From Myxococcota bacterium (lineage in GTDB: Bacteria; Myxococcota_A; UBA796; CAJQPC01), in the NCBI GenBank assembly GCA_036229005.1, contig JAZAMN010000049.1, forward strand, positions 32,001 to 96,000: a DNA stretch of 64,000 nucleotides, written 5' to 3'. The number at the start of each line of letters is the position of its first letter. Position 1 is the stretch's first letter. The notes under the pieces were generated by a model. It was given only the letters and a program-made list of their open reading frames with translations, was not told the DNA's origin and did not search any database. Below are positions 28,352-38,349 of this stretch, piece by piece. A program made the translations under genes and the position numbers.

Positions 28352-29614
28352 TCACCCCAACAGATCCCGCGCCGCCCCCACCGTGAACAAACTCCCCGCG
28401 ACCACCACCAGCCCCGGCTCGCTCAGGGCCAGGGGCAGGGCCTCTTCGATGGGGCCCGCGGGCATCACGGGGATGTCCAGGTCCACAAGGTCCTGGGCCA
28501 GCTCGCCGGCCTTGCGGGCGCGGTCGTGGGCGCAGTGGGTGGTCAGGATGCGGCCGAACTGAGGGGCCAGGATGCTGGCGATGGCCCGCACATCCTTGTC
28601 GTCGCTCGCGCCCAGCAGCAGGGTGCGCGGCTGATCCCAGTCCATGGCGTCCAGGGCCGCGGCCAGGGCGGTCGCGCCAGCCGGGTTGTGCGCGCCGTCC
28701 ACCAGCACGCGCTCCCCCAGCCACTCCAGCCGGCCAGCGTGGCGCACCTGAGCCATGCCCTCGCGGATCGCGCCATCAGGCACCCGCAGCAAGGGCGGGA
28801 GCAGGGACAGCGCCCGGATGGCGACCGCCGCGTTGTCGAGCTGGTGGGCCCCCGCCAGGCCAACGGTGACCTCGCTGATGCCGCCGTCTGCCCAACCCAC
28901 GACGAAGTCCCCGTGGCTGCCCGAGGGGTGAAAGTCCTCCCCCAGGACATGCAGAGGCGCCCCTCGCTCCAGGGCCGTCAGCCGGATCACGCGCAGGGCC
29001 TCCTGGGGGAGACGCCCCACGACCACGGGCACGCCGGGCTGGATGATGCCCGCCTTCTCCCCCGCGATGGAGCCCAGATCGGGGCCCAGCCGGTCCTGGT
29101 GATCCAGGGCCACGGTGGTGATGACGGAGACCTGCGGGGTCATCACGTTGGTCGCGTCCAGGCGGCCGCCCAGCCCGACCTCGACCACGGAGAGATCCAG
29201 CTTGTTCCTGGCGAACGCCACAAAGCCCGCGACGGTGAGCAGCTCGAAGTAGGTGAGCGGCTGGCCCTCGGGCAGCTCGGGGCAGTGCTCGGCGGCCCAG
29301 CGCGTGGCGTCGGCGTGGATCTCCTCGAGCAGCTCGGTGAGCTCGGCGTCGGGGAGCGGCTGACCGGCCACGCGGATGCGCTCGTTGACCTCTTGCAGGT
29401 GCGGCGAGGTGAACAGCCCCACCCGCTTGTCCGCGGCGCTCTGGCAGGCGGCGATCATCGACCCCACGCTGCCCTTGCCGTTGGTCCCCCCCACGTGCAC
29501 CGAAGGCACCGCGTCCTGGGGGCTGCCCAGGTGCGTGAGCAGGTCCCGGACCCGCTCGATGCCCAACCTCACGCCAGCCTGGGCGGCGCGGTTCAGCAGG
29601 GGGTGGCTCCTCAC
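28352..29614 (-). CDS. folC: Bifunctional folylpolyglutamate synthase/dihydrofolate synthase
   Basis: HVGGTNGKGS, TSPHL, TYFE, EVGLGGRLDATN, DGAHN and AGSLF. Confidence 0.96.
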   Translation of the reverse strand: MRSHPLLNRAAQAGVRLGIERVRDLLTHLGSPQDAVPSVHVGGTNGKGSVGSMIAACQSAADKRVGLFTSPHLQEVNERIRVAGQPLPDAELTELLEEIHADATRWAAEHCPELPEGQPLTYFELLTVAGFVAFARNKLDLSVVEVGLGGRLDATNVMTPQVSVITTVALDHQDRLGPDLGSIAGEKAGIIQPGVPVVVGRLPQEALRVIRLTALERGAPLHVLGEDFHPSGSHGDFVVGWADGGISEVTVGLAGAHQLDNAAVAIRALSLLPPLLRVPDGAIREGMAQVRHAGRLEWLGERVLVDGAHNPAGATALAAALDAMDWDQPRTLLLGASDDKDVRAIASILAPQFGRILTTHCAHDRARKAGELAQDLVDLDIPVMPAGPIEEALPLALSEPGLVVVAGSLFTVGAARDLLG

Positions 29615-30504
29615 GCGGGGGCCGACTCGGCTTCTGGGGCCTGAGCGGGGGCCTGGCCCAGCATCCAGCGCAGGGTCAGGGCCAGCTCGCCGCGGAGCTG
29701 GTCGCGGGGCACGATGCGGTCGATCATGCCGTGGTCCAGCAGGTACTCGGCGGTCTGGAAGCCCTCGGGCAGGGTCTCGCCGATGGTCTGCTCGATCACG
29801 CGCTTGCCGGCGAAGCCGATCAGGGCCCGGGGCTCGCTGATGATCACATCGCCCAGCATCGCGAAGCTGGCCGCGACGCCGCCGGTGGTGGGATCGGCGA
29901 TGACGGAGATGTAGGGCATCCCGGCGTCATCCCGCAGCTTTGCGAGCGCGGCGCAGGTCTTGGCCATCTGCATCAGGGAGAGGATGCCCTCCTGCATGCG
30001 GGCGCCACCAGACGAGCTGATCACGATGGCCGGCACCTTGCGCTCGGCGGCCCGCTCGTAGATGCGGGTGATGCGCTCGCCCACGACGGAGCCCATGGAG
30101 CCGCCCATGAACGAGAAGTTGAACACGCCGATCTCGACGTCGATCCCCTCGATCTTTCCGGAGCCGCCGATGAAGGCGTCCAGCTCGCCGGTCTTGCGGC
30201 GGGAGGCGTCCAGGCGCTTGGGGTAGCTCTTGGAGTCCACAAAGCCCAGGGCGTCGGTGGCCTCCAGCCCGCCGTCCTGCTCGGTGAACGAGCCGGCGTC
30301 CAGCAGCAGATCCAGGCGCGCGCGGGCGCCCAGGCGGAAGTGGTGTCCACAGTGCAGGCAGGTGCTCAGGCGCTCAGCCAGCGCGGGCTTGTAGAGGACC
30401 TCGCCGCAGCCAGGGCAGCGCACCCAGAGGTCCTTGACCTCGCGCTTGCGTTGGCTGGGCTGCAGATCCTTGGGACCCTGCTCGAACCACTTGGTGTCGC
30501 TCAT
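29611..30504 (-). CDS. accD: Acetyl-CoA carboxylase carboxyltransferase beta subunit
   Basis: CxxC...CxxC Zn ribbon, FMGGSMGSVVGE, SGGARMQEG, PTTGGVAASFA. Confidence 0.97.
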   Translation of the reverse strand: MSDTKWFEQGPKDLQPSQRKREVKDLWVRCPGCGEVLYKPALAERLSTCLHCGHHFRLGARARLDLLLDAGSFTEQDGGLEATDALGFVDSKSYPKRLDASRRKTGELDAFIGGSGKIEGIDVEIGVFNFSFMGGSMGSVVGERITRIYERAAERKVPAIVISSSGGARMQEGILSLMQMAKTCAALAKLRDDAGMPYISVIADPTTGGVAASFAMLGDVIISEPRALIGFAGKRVIEQTIGETLPEGFQTAEYLLDHGMIDRIVPRDQLRGELALTLRWMLGQAPAQAPEAESAPA

Positions 30505-31409
30505 ACCTTCCTCTCGGACGCGGACCCGCCCCCTAACGCGGACAAGCGCAGGCTGTCCCCCTCCAGCGTCGCCGGCTGCCCCCAGACGAACGCGTGGTTG
30601 GCCGCCCCATGCCCCACCGGGAGCCCCGACAGCACAGGCACATCCAGGGGTTCCAGCAGCTCGGTCAACAGCTCGCGCAGGGTCCAGTGCTCCGGGGTGC
30701 GGGTCCCCACGAACTCCCCCAGCGCGACGCCGACGATGCCGTCCAGGGTGCCGCTCGCGGCGAGCTGGTGGAGCATGCGGTCCAGCTTGTAGGGGGGCTC
30801 GGCGATCTCCTCCAGCAGCAGGATGCAGCCCCGCAGGTCCGGCTGCAGGGGCGTCCCGGCGATGGAGGCCAGCATGCACAGGTTGCCGCCCACCAGGGGG
30901 CCCTGGGCGCTGCCGGGGATCCAGGACTCCCCGGTCCAGTCGGCCTCAGTCTGTCCTCGCAGGCACCGCAGAGCGCGATCGCGGGAGGCCTGGTCGGCGT
31001 GATCGGCGGTGGAGTGCAGCACTGGACCGTGCACACCTCCCCTCCCCTCCTTCCAGAGCGCCGCGTGCAGGGCGGTCCCGTCGGAGAAGCCGATCACCGG
31101 TCGATCGTCCAGCGGGGAAGGGAGCGGCTGGCAGATGCGCGCCAATCCATACCCACCGCGGGCCATCCAGGCGGCGTCCACATCCGGAGACTGGAGCGCC
31201 CAAGCGAGGTCTTCCTGGCGCTGACGGTCCGTGCCCGCCAGGTAGCGGTGGGTGCGGCCCAGGTTGGGAGCCCGCACCACGCGGTAGCCAGCGCCCTCCA
31301 GCCAGGCGATGCCGGCCTCCAGGCGCTGGGGATCGTAGGCCCCCGAGGGGGAGAACACGCCGACGCGGGCGCCGGGCTGGAGCGGCCGAGGGGGGATGAT
31401 GGCAGGCAT
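30501..31409 (-). CDS. ldcA: LD-carboxypeptidase (S66 family)
   Basis: RGGYG, GFSD, GGNL, LLLEE and GH catalytic motifs. Confidence 0.92.
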   Translation of the reverse strand: MPAIIPPRPLQPGARVGVFSPSGAYDPQRLEAGIAWLEGAGYRVVRAPNLGRTHRYLAGTDRQRQEDLAWALQSPDVDAAWMARGGYGLARICQPLPSPLDDRPVIGFSDGTALHAALWKEGRGGVHGPVLHSTADHADQASRDRALRCLRGQTEADWTGESWIPGSAQGPLVGGNLCMLASIAGTPLQPDLRGCILLLEEIAEPPYKLDRMLHQLAASGTLDGIVGVALGEFVGTRTPEHWTLRELLTELLEPLDVPVLSGLPVGHGAANHAFVWGQPATLEGDSLRLSALGGGSASERKV

Positions 31410-31431
31410 GGCGGGATGCTAACTTGGGGCC
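31410..31431. promoter_or_regulatory. Bidirectional overlapping -10 elements for two leaderless genes
   Basis: CAT-ggcggg-ATGCTAACTT-ggggcc-ATG: TAGCAT (minus) and TAACTT (plus) each lie 6 nt from a start codon. Confidence 0.65.
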
Positions 31432-32313
31432 ATGAAGCGCTACCTGACCTCCCTGTCCGGAAACTCCCAGAAGCTCGACGGGGGTGCGATGTTCGGCAAC
31501 GCGCCCAAGGCCCTGTGGACCCGCTGGGCCCGCGCGGACGAGCTCAACCGCATCGACCTGGCCTGCCGCTGCCTGCTCATCACCGAGCAGCCCGAGCAGG
31601 GGCCTCCGCGCCACATCCTGCTGGAGACCGGCATCGGGGCCTTCTTCGAGCCCAAGCTGGCCGAGCGTTTTGGCGTCCAGGAGAGCGAGCATGTGCTGCT
31701 CGGGGAGCTGGAGCGGGTGGGCCTCAGCCACCAGGACATCGACGTGGTCGTGCTCTCCCACCTGCACTTCGACCACGCCGGCGGCCTGCTGACGCCCTTC
31801 CAGGAGGGCCAGGAGTCCGAGCTGCTGTTCCCCAAGGCCACCTTTGTGGTCGGGCAGACCGCCTGGGAGCGCTCGCAGCACCCCCACCCGCGGGACCGCG
31901 CCAGCTTCATCCCCCGCATCCAGGCCCTGCTGGAGCAGAGCGGGCGCCTGGAGCTGGTGGACGGCGAGCACAGCCCCACCCTGGGCCCGGACTACCGCCT
32001 GCGGCGCTCCGATGGACACACCCCCGGTCTGGTGCTGGTGGAGATCCCCAGCGCGCAGGGCCCCATCCTCTTCGGCGCGGATCTCATCCCGGGCGTTCCC
32101 TGGGTTCGAGGCTCGATCACCATGGGGTACGACCGCTTCCCCGAGCTGCTGATCGACGAGAAGCGCGCCGTGCTGGACGAGCTGGAGCCGCAGGGTGGCC
32201 GGATCTTCTTCACGCACGACCCGGACACGGCGATGGCCCGGGTGACGCGGGATGCGCGGGGCCGCTTCGCCGCGGACAACGCTCAGGGCGCGCTGGAAGG
32301 CCTGGAGGCCTGA
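31432..32313 (+). CDS. Metallo-beta-lactamase fold hydrolase (YtnP-like)
   Basis: [32 protein letters not shown]. Confidence 0.92.
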   Translation: MKRYLTSLSGNSQKLDGGAMFGNAPKALWTRWARADELNRIDLACRCLLITEQPEQGPPRHILLETGIGAFFEPKLAERFGVQESEHVLLGELERVGLSHQDIDVVVLSHLHFDHAGGLLTPFQEGQESELLFPKATFVVGQTAWERSQHPHPRDRASFIPRIQALLEQSGRLELVDGEHSPTLGPDYRLRRSDGHTPGLVLVEIPSAQGPILFGADLIPGVPWVRGSITMGYDRFPELLIDEKRAVLDELEPQGGRIFFTHDPDTAMARVTRDARGRFAADNAQGALEGLEA

Positions 32314-32356
32314 ACTCCAAGGCGCGCTGTGCTAGGCTCGCCGCCAAGGAACGCTG

Positions 32357-35300
32357 ATGCACTCGCTCTTGCTCGCCCTGGCCACCCTGAGCCAGGCGCA
32401 GGCCTTCGACAGCCACGGCCAGACCTTCAACCCCGGCCAGACCGGGGCGCACTCGGGCGTGGTCACCTGGAATCCCTGGCAGCTCGACCAGGGCTCCTGG
32501 GGCGCCATGGTGGGCTTCGAGCTGGCCTCCAGCCCCCTGCAGTACCAGATCGTCGGCGAGCCCGGCATCCAACCCGCCGTGGACGGCCTGGTCCTGGCCA
32601 ACCTGGGCGGCAGCTACGCCCTGACCGATCGCTTCGGGATCGCCGCGGGCCTTCCCGTCTACCTGGCCCACCAGAGCAGCCTGGGGGCCGACTACAGCCT
32701 GGGCACCGACCTTCAGCCGGCCGGCGCCGCCCTGGGCAACCTGCGGCTCTGGGTGCCCATCAGCCTGGTCCGGCCCAGCAACGACGGCACCGGCTTCGGC
32801 CTCAGCCTCCAGCCCTTCCTGGATGCCCCCACCGCCACCTCCGCCATCACCGGCGACCCCATGGGCGGCGGCGCGCTCCTGGCCCTGGGCTACGGCCTGC
32901 CGGCGATGCAGTTCTCGCTGAACCTGGGCTTCAAGGGACACAACACCCGGGATCCCGAGCTGCCCGCGCCCCTGGGTGACCTCGAAGAGGCCGGCGAGCT
33001 CAGCGGCATCCTCAACGCCGCCGCCACCGTCCAGGTGCGCCCGGATCTGGCCCTCACCACCGAGCTGCTCCTCTCCCCCACCCTCCGTGGCCGCGACAGC
33101 CAGCACCAGGCCGACACCGCCGAGCTCATGGTCTCCGGCTCCTGGATGGCCACCGAGCGCAGCACCCTCATCATCGGTGGCGCCACCAGCCTCAACAGCG
33201 GCGCCGGTGTCCCCCGGGCCCGCGTCTTCCTGGGCACCCGCATCGGCAAGCGCACCGGCCCCTTCCCCGAGGAGAGCAGCACCCCCACCCTCAGCGCGGC
33301 GCAGACCCCCTACGACCTGATCGTGGAGGTGGTGGACGATCGGGGGCGCGGCTTGCCTGCGGAGATCACCGTCTTGGGTGGGCCTCAGCCCCTGCAGGCC
33401 GAAGCCTCCCGCCGCGGCGAGGTCATCCTCCCGCTGTCCGAGGGCGCCTGGAGCGTGCAGGTCAGCCACCCCGGCTACGGCACCCAGCTCCGCACCCTGG
33501 AGCTGGAGGACGGTCGCACCTGGCCCCCCTCCGTGCGGGTCGTCCTCCACCCCGAGGCCGGCGACGCCGCCATGTCCCTGTCCCTCCGCGACGAAGAGGA
33601 CCGCGGCATCGAAGGCGCCAGCCTCAGCATCGACGGCCAGGACTACGGCAGCAGCGGCCCCGGCGGCGGCATGCAGATCGGCGGACTCACGGGCGGCGAC
33701 CACGACATCCAGGCCACCGCCCCCGGCTTCGAGCCCGGCGAGATCCGCGTCATCGTGGCCGCCCCCGAGCTGAGCGACCCCACCCCCATCTACCTGGAGC
33801 GCCCCCCCGGCTCGGTCCAGGTCCGGGTCCGGGACAGCGCCGGCGCCCCCGTCACCGACGCCCAGGTTCGCTTCATGGGCCCCGAGGCCCGCCGCCCCGT
33901 CGGACTGGACGCCCGCGGTGAGCTGCTCACCCAGCTCGACGACGGCGAGTGGACCGTGGTCATCAGCTCCGAGCGCTACGGCCTGCAGGAGCGCAGCGTG
34001 GTGGTCGACACCGACCGCAAGGTGCTCCAGACGGTCGACGTCGTGCTCGCCGAGACCGCCGGCGCCGCCACCCTGGACCTCACCGTCCTGGATCCCGACG
34101 GCAACCCCGTGCAGGGCGTTCAGGTCAGCCTGGGCGGCGTCTCCATCGGCCAGACCGGAAACGGCGGCACCCTCAGCGTCTCCGGCCTCGCCCCCGGGGA
34201 CAGCACCTTGGCGCTGGAGGGCGACCGCATGCGCCCCGAGCCCACCGTCCCCCTGGAGCTGGTCGAAGGCACCCGCGAGCTGCTCGTCACCATGGACTGG
34301 AAGCCCGGCACCCTCCAGGTCGTCACCCGCGGCAAGGGCCAGGCCCCCATCGACGCCCAGGTGCGCTTCATGGGCGACACGCCCGTCCCCAGCGACTCCG
34401 TGGGCCCCGACGGCGAGGCCTGGTACGCCCTCCCCCCCGGCGAGTGGATCGTCGGCGTCAGCGCCCCCGCCTTCGGACTCCAGACCCGCGAGGTCCGCAT
34501 CGAGGCCGACGAGACCAGCCTCATCCTCATCGAGGCCATCCTCCGCGAGGACTCTGGCGACGCCGCCCTGAGCCTGCGCGTGGTCGACCCCAAGGGCCAG
34601 CCGGTCGAGGGCGTGCGCGTTGCCGTGGATGGCGAGCCCGTGGGCGCCACCTCCACCGGGGGAAGCCTGCACATCGAGGGCCTCAAGCCCGGCCCCTCCA
34701 GCGTCGAGGCCGCCGGCGGCATGTTCCACTACGAGAGCGTGGATCCCCTGGAGCTGGCCCAAGGCGACAACCCCGTCACCCTCAACATGCGCTGGCTCGA
34801 CGGCACCGTCACCGTCCGCACCTCGGGCCCCGGCGGCGCCCCCGTCGACGCCCTCATCCGCGCCTACGGCCCCGTCGTCCTCCCCCCCGTCCAGATCGGC
34901 GACAGCGGCGAGCGCGTGCTCTACCTGGAGCCCGGCGGCTGGACCGTCGTGGCGAGCTCCGAGCGCATGGGCATCGAGGAGGCCGATGTTCAGGTGGAAG
35001 CGGGTCAGCAGGCCCTCTTGCCTGTCACCTTCACCCTCTCCGACGCCGTGGCCGGTCAGAACTCCCTGCTGCTCGTGCTCGCCGACGAGGACGGGGTTGG
35101 CATCTCGGGCGCGACCATCCACCTGGGCGACGCCGAGTACACCACCCCCCCGGGCGGCAGCCTCATCATCGAGGGCGTCACCCCCGGCCCCGTGCTGCTC
35201 TCCGCCACCGCCCCCGGCTACGCGCCCCTGGAGTCGGAGGCCCTGACCCTCGTGAGCGGCGAACAGAACCGCAGCTTCACCCTGGACTTCGTCCCCCAGC

Positions 35301-35911
35301 CCGTCCAGGTCCAGGTCCAGGACAGCGCCGGGAACCCGCTGCAGGCCCAGCTCACCTGGGTCGGCCCCGCGCGCATCCCCGCCCAGTCCACCGACGCCCA
35401 GGGGCAGGCCGACTTCCAGATGCGCCCGGGTCAGTGGACCCTGGTGGCCCAGGCCCCCGAGTTCGGCGCCGCCCGGGCCGAGCTGGTCCTGGAGCCCGGC
35501 GTCACCCCCGACCCCGTGGTGCTCACGCTGCAGTCCTCCAAGGTCGAGGTCACCTCGGAGTCCGTGGTCATCAAGGAGCAGGTCTTCTTCGACACCGGCA
35601 AGGCCACCATCAAGGCCGAGTCCCTGCCCCTTCTGGACGAGGTCGCCAACGTCCTGCTCCTGCACCCCGAGATCACCCGCGTGGAGATCCAGGGCCACAC
35701 CGACAACGTCGGCAGCGCGGAGACCAACCAGCGCCTCTCCATGCGCCGGGCCCAGGCCGTGCGCGACTACCTGGTCTCCAAGGGCGTGGACCGCAAGCGC
35801 CTGGAGGCCACCGGCTACGGCGCCTCCCAGCCCATCGAGTCCAACGACACCGCGCAGGGCCGCGCGGCAAACCGGCGCGTGCAGTTCGAGATCGTCGAGC
35901 AGGAGGAGTAG
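32357..35911 (+). CDS. OmpA-family outer membrane protein with N-terminal beta-barrel-like region and multiple carboxypeptidase-regulatory-like/PEGA repeats
   Basis: Signal peptide; repeated V.D..G.P..GA.V...G modules; C-terminal FDTGKATI, IQGHTD, NQRLSMRRA, GYG, NRRV. Confidence 0.9.
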   Translation: MHSLLLALATLSQAQAFDSHGQTFNPGQTGAHSGVVTWNPWQLDQGSWGAMVGFELASSPLQYQIVGEPGIQPAVDGLVLANLGGSYALTDRFGIAAGLPVYLAHQSSLGADYSLGTDLQPAGAALGNLRLWVPISLVRPSNDGTGFGLSLQPFLDAPTATSAITGDPMGGGALLALGYGLPAMQFSLNLGFKGHNTRDPELPAPLGDLEEAGELSGILNAAATVQVRPDLALTTELLLSPTLRGRDSQHQADTAELMVSGSWMATERSTLIIGGATSLNSGAGVPRARVFLGTRIGKRTGPFPEESSTPTLSAAQTPYDLIVEVVDDRGRGLPAEITVLGGPQPLQAEASRRGEVILPLSEGAWSVQVSHPGYGTQLRTLELEDGRTWPPSVRVVLHPEAGDAAMSLSLRDEEDRGIEGASLSIDGQDYGSSGPGGGMQIGGLTGGDHDIQATAPGFEPGEIRVIVAAPELSDPTPIYLERPPGSVQVRVRDSAGAPVTDAQVRFMGPEARRPVGLDARGELLTQLDDGEWTVVISSERYGLQERSVVVDTDRKVLQTVDVVLAETAGAATLDLTVLDPDGNPVQGVQVSLGGVSIGQTGNGGTLSVSGLAPGDSTLALEGDRMRPEPTVPLELVEGTRELLVTMDWKPGTLQVVTRGKGQAPIDAQVRFMGDTPVPSDSVGPDGEAWYALPPGEWIVGVSAPAFGLQTREVRIEADETSLILIEAILREDSGDAALSLRVVDPKGQPVEGVRVAVDGEPVGATSTGGSLHIEGLKPGPSSVEAAGGMFHYESVDPLELAQGDNPVTLNMRWLDGTVTVRTSGPGGAPVDALIRAYGPVVLPPVQIGDSGERVLYLEPGGWTVVASSERMGIEEADVQVEAGQQALLPVTFTLSDAVAGQNSLLLVLADEDGVGISGATIHLGDAEYTTPPGGSLIIEGVTPGPVLLSATAPGYAPLESEALTLVSGEQNRSFTLDFVPQPVQVQVQDSAGNPLQAQLTWVGPARIPAQSTDAQGQADFQMRPGQWTLVAQAPEFGAARAELVLEPGVTPDPVVLTLQSSKVEVTSESVVIKEQVFFDTGKATIKAESLPLLDEVANVLLLHPEITRVEIQGHTDNVGSAETNQRLSMRRAQAVRDYLVSKGVDRKRLEATGYGASQPIESNDTAQGRAANRRVQFEIVEQEE

Positions 35912-35913
35912 CC

Positions 35914-35950
35914 AGAGAAAAAAGGGCCCCCAGCGGGGACCCTCTCTCTT
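35914..35950. terminator. Putative bidirectional terminator
   Basis: agagaaaaaa-agggccccc-agc-ggggaccct-ctctctt between convergent genes. Confidence 0.65.
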
Positions 35951-35972
35951 GCGGACTCGAGCGCGCTTTGGG

Positions 35973-36860
35973 CTACTCGTCCACGTCCCGCGCCAGGCGG
36001 AAGCCCAGAGCCGCCAGGCGAGCGCCGGCCTCCTCCAGCGCGCGGGCCTTGGCCCAGCTCGCCATCGAGGTCTGCTCCCAGCTCCCCGGGTGCACCACGC
36101 GCTCATCGCCCACGCGGTCGGCGGTCCACTCGGCCACGTTGCCGGCCAGGTCGGCGATCCCCTCGGGGGTCTGATCGCGCACGAACAGGCCGACGGCGCA
36201 GGGCTTGCCCAGCACCTCCTCGCGGGTGTTGGAGTTGCCGCGCCCGAAGGGCTCGCCCCAGGGGTAGGGCCGCTTGGCGGCGCCGCGGGCGACCTGCATG
36301 CGCTCGTTGAAGCCCAGCAGGCGGGCGCCGTGCTTGCGGGCGTAGGCCATGGCCTCGTGCCAGGAGATCCCGACCACGGGCTGGTTGGCCACCACCAGGT
36401 GCTTCACGGAGTCGCGGGAGGCGAGCTCCGGCCAGAGGCGGTGGACGCCGTCGCGCCAGGCCTTGCCGTCCTCGTCCCAGAGGCTGTCGTCCTCGTAGCC
36501 GCCCTCGGCCACGAAGCGCTGCCACTCGGCGATGGTCACAGGGAAGCGCCCCACCTGCACCGGACCCAGATCCGTGTCGGCGGTGACCCAGTAGCCGGCC
36601 TCCCCAGGTGCGCTCAGGCGCGGGTCGCCCAGGCGGCCGAGGGCCTCGCCGATTCCCAGGCGCAGCTTGGGGCTGCCCTCGCCGCTGGAGACGACCTCCA
36701 GCAGGGCCTTCACGGTGGCGTCGACCACAGCGGGATCGGCCTCCTGGCCGGCGTCGGCGGACTGGGCGAGCTCATCGGCGAAGGCCGTGAGCCTCTCGAG
36801 GCGCACGCCTGCGGGCTGCGCGAGGGCTTCTTCCAGGGCGCTCAGGCTGATCTCGGACAC
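35973..36860 (-). CDS. FGE-sulfatase (SUMF1/EgtB/PvdO) domain protein
   Basis: LGRLGDPR, PVTIAEW, PVVGISWHEA, YPWG, DLAGNVAEW, LGFRLAR. Confidence 0.88.
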   Translation of the reverse strand: MSEISLSALEEALAQPAGVRLERLTAFADELAQSADAGQEADPAVVDATVKALLEVVSSGEGSPKLRLGIGEALGRLGDPRLSAPGEAGYWVTADTDLGPVQVGRFPVTIAEWQRFVAEGGYEDDSLWDEDGKAWRDGVHRLWPELASRDSVKHLVVANQPVVGISWHEAMAYARKHGARLLGFNERMQVARGAAKRPYPWGEPFGRGNSNTREEVLGKPCAVGLFVRDQTPEGIADLAGNVAEWTADRVGDERVVHPGSWEQTSMASWAKARALEEAGARLAALGFRLARDVDE

Positions 36861-36910
36861 GGGGCTCTCCTGTTCAGGGGGCCTAACGTGCCTCGCGCTA
36901 CCCTGTCAGG

Positions 36911-38338
36911 GTGAGAGCCCTCCAGCCCCCCACTCTGGCCCAGCTCGTCCTGTGGAGCCTCATCGCCATCGGCGGCCTGTGGACGCTGAGCCGGCCGGTG
37001 GCCACAAACGATCTGCACATCTTCCTCGCGACCGGCCGCTGGATGGCTGACCACGGGGAGATCCTGCGCAGCGAGGTGTTCACCTGGAGCGCCTTTGGCG
37101 TGCCCTACGACAACCCCACATGGGGCTTCTCCTGGGCATCCTGGGCGGTGTACCAGGGCGCCGGGCTGCAGGGGATCCGCCTCGTCCACGCCGCCCTGAC
37201 GACCCTCACCCTGGCCCTCACCGGCCTCGCGATCCGCGCCGAGGGCCGCAGCCACCTGGCCGCCGCCGTGGGGGTCTTCTGGACCTTCGCCCTCCTCTTC
37301 GGGAACCTCGCCGTGCGCGGTCAGAGCTGGGCCTTTCCCCTCTTCCCCGCCGCGATCCTTGTCGCCGCGATCCCCGGACGCGCCGGGCTCAAGCTCCTCG
37401 GTGGCCTCGCGCTCGGAGCCCTGTGGTCCAACCTGCACGGCAGCTTCATCGTTGGGGTGGTGTGGATGGCCATCGCGGGGGCCGCCCACTCCCTCACCCA
37501 GCGCAGCCTGCGGGCCGGCCTCCCGCACTGGAGCCTGGGCCTGGGCCTCGCGGCCGGGAGCCTGCTCAACCCCGAAGGCCTCGCCGCCTGGGGCTTCGTC
37601 CTCGACAACTCCGCCACCCCCGTCGAGCGCGGCTTCAGCGAGTGGTTCCCGCCCACCCTGCGCGACTTCCAGGGGCAGCGCTTCTACGGCAGCCTCGCGC
37701 TCTGGGCCGCCGCGTGCCTGTTCCGACGCCCCGATCTCCGCAGCATCGGGCTCCTGCTGGCCTTCGGTGTCCTCGCCTGCACCGGGACGCGCTTTGTGGC
37801 GTTCTATGGGCTCGCTTTGGCCCCGGCGGTGGGCCACTGGGTGGACCGGGCCAGCCAACCCTCCTCTCCCCAGCCGATCCTGGGACGAAGGGGAATGTGG
37901 GCCCTCGGAGCCGCCCTCTGCACCCTCTACGCCGGCCTGGCCCTCCGCACCCTCCGCGAGCCCCCCAGCCTGCACGAGGACACCCCGGTGGCCCTCGCCG
38001 ACGCGCTCCAGGCGCACTGCGGGACCTGCACCGGCCAGCGCATCTTCAACCCGCCGGAGTACGGGGGCTACCTCAGCTTTCGCTTCCCCGGGCTGCTCAC
38101 CTCCGGCGACATCCGGGCCTGGGTCTTCCCCGACTCCGCGTGGTCCCTCTACACCGGGATCTCCGAGGCCCCAGAGGGCTGGGAGGAGCAGCTCAGGGCC
38201 CACGGAGTCGGGCTGGTCCACCTCCACGCACCCTTCCACGCCGACACCCTCATGCCCGCCATCCGTGCAAGCGAGGACTGGCTGGTGCTCTACGAAGATG
38301 AAATGGCCCTGCTCGCGGTGCGTAGCCCGGGCGAATAG
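36911..38338 (+). CDS. Multi-pass membrane protein (GT-C-like)
   Basis: DLHIFLATGRW, WSNLHGSF, LLNP, SEWFP, GGYL; TACCCT 6 nt upstream of the GTG. Confidence 0.7.
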   Translation: MRALQPPTLAQLVLWSLIAIGGLWTLSRPVATNDLHIFLATGRWMADHGEILRSEVFTWSAFGVPYDNPTWGFSWASWAVYQGAGLQGIRLVHAALTTLTLALTGLAIRAEGRSHLAAAVGVFWTFALLFGNLAVRGQSWAFPLFPAAILVAAIPGRAGLKLLGGLALGALWSNLHGSFIVGVVWMAIAGAAHSLTQRSLRAGLPHWSLGLGLAAGSLLNPEGLAAWGFVLDNSATPVERGFSEWFPPTLRDFQGQRFYGSLALWAAACLFRRPDLRSIGLLLAFGVLACTGTRFVAFYGLALAPAVGHWVDRASQPSSPQPILGRRGMWALGAALCTLYAGLALRTLREPPSLHEDTPVALADALQAHCGTCTGQRIFNPPEYGGYLSFRFPGLLTSGDIRAWVFPDSAWSLYTGISEAPEGWEEQLRAHGVGLVHLHAPFHADTLMPAIRASEDWLVLYEDEMALLAVRSPGE

Positions 38339-38349
38339 ATTGGATCCCG

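Noticed and set aside
31432..32313. MBL-fold gene as a beta-lactam resistance gene
   Set aside because: No signal peptide; motifs ([12 protein letters not shown]) match the cytoplasmic YtnP-like hydrolases rather than class B beta-lactamases
32210..36106. 1298-aa minus-strand ORF, and similar long ORFs at 524-3202, 44287-46953, 47873-50497 and 59191-61965
   Set aside because: All overlap well-supported genes on the opposite strand and have the G/V/A/R/P-rich composition of shadow frames
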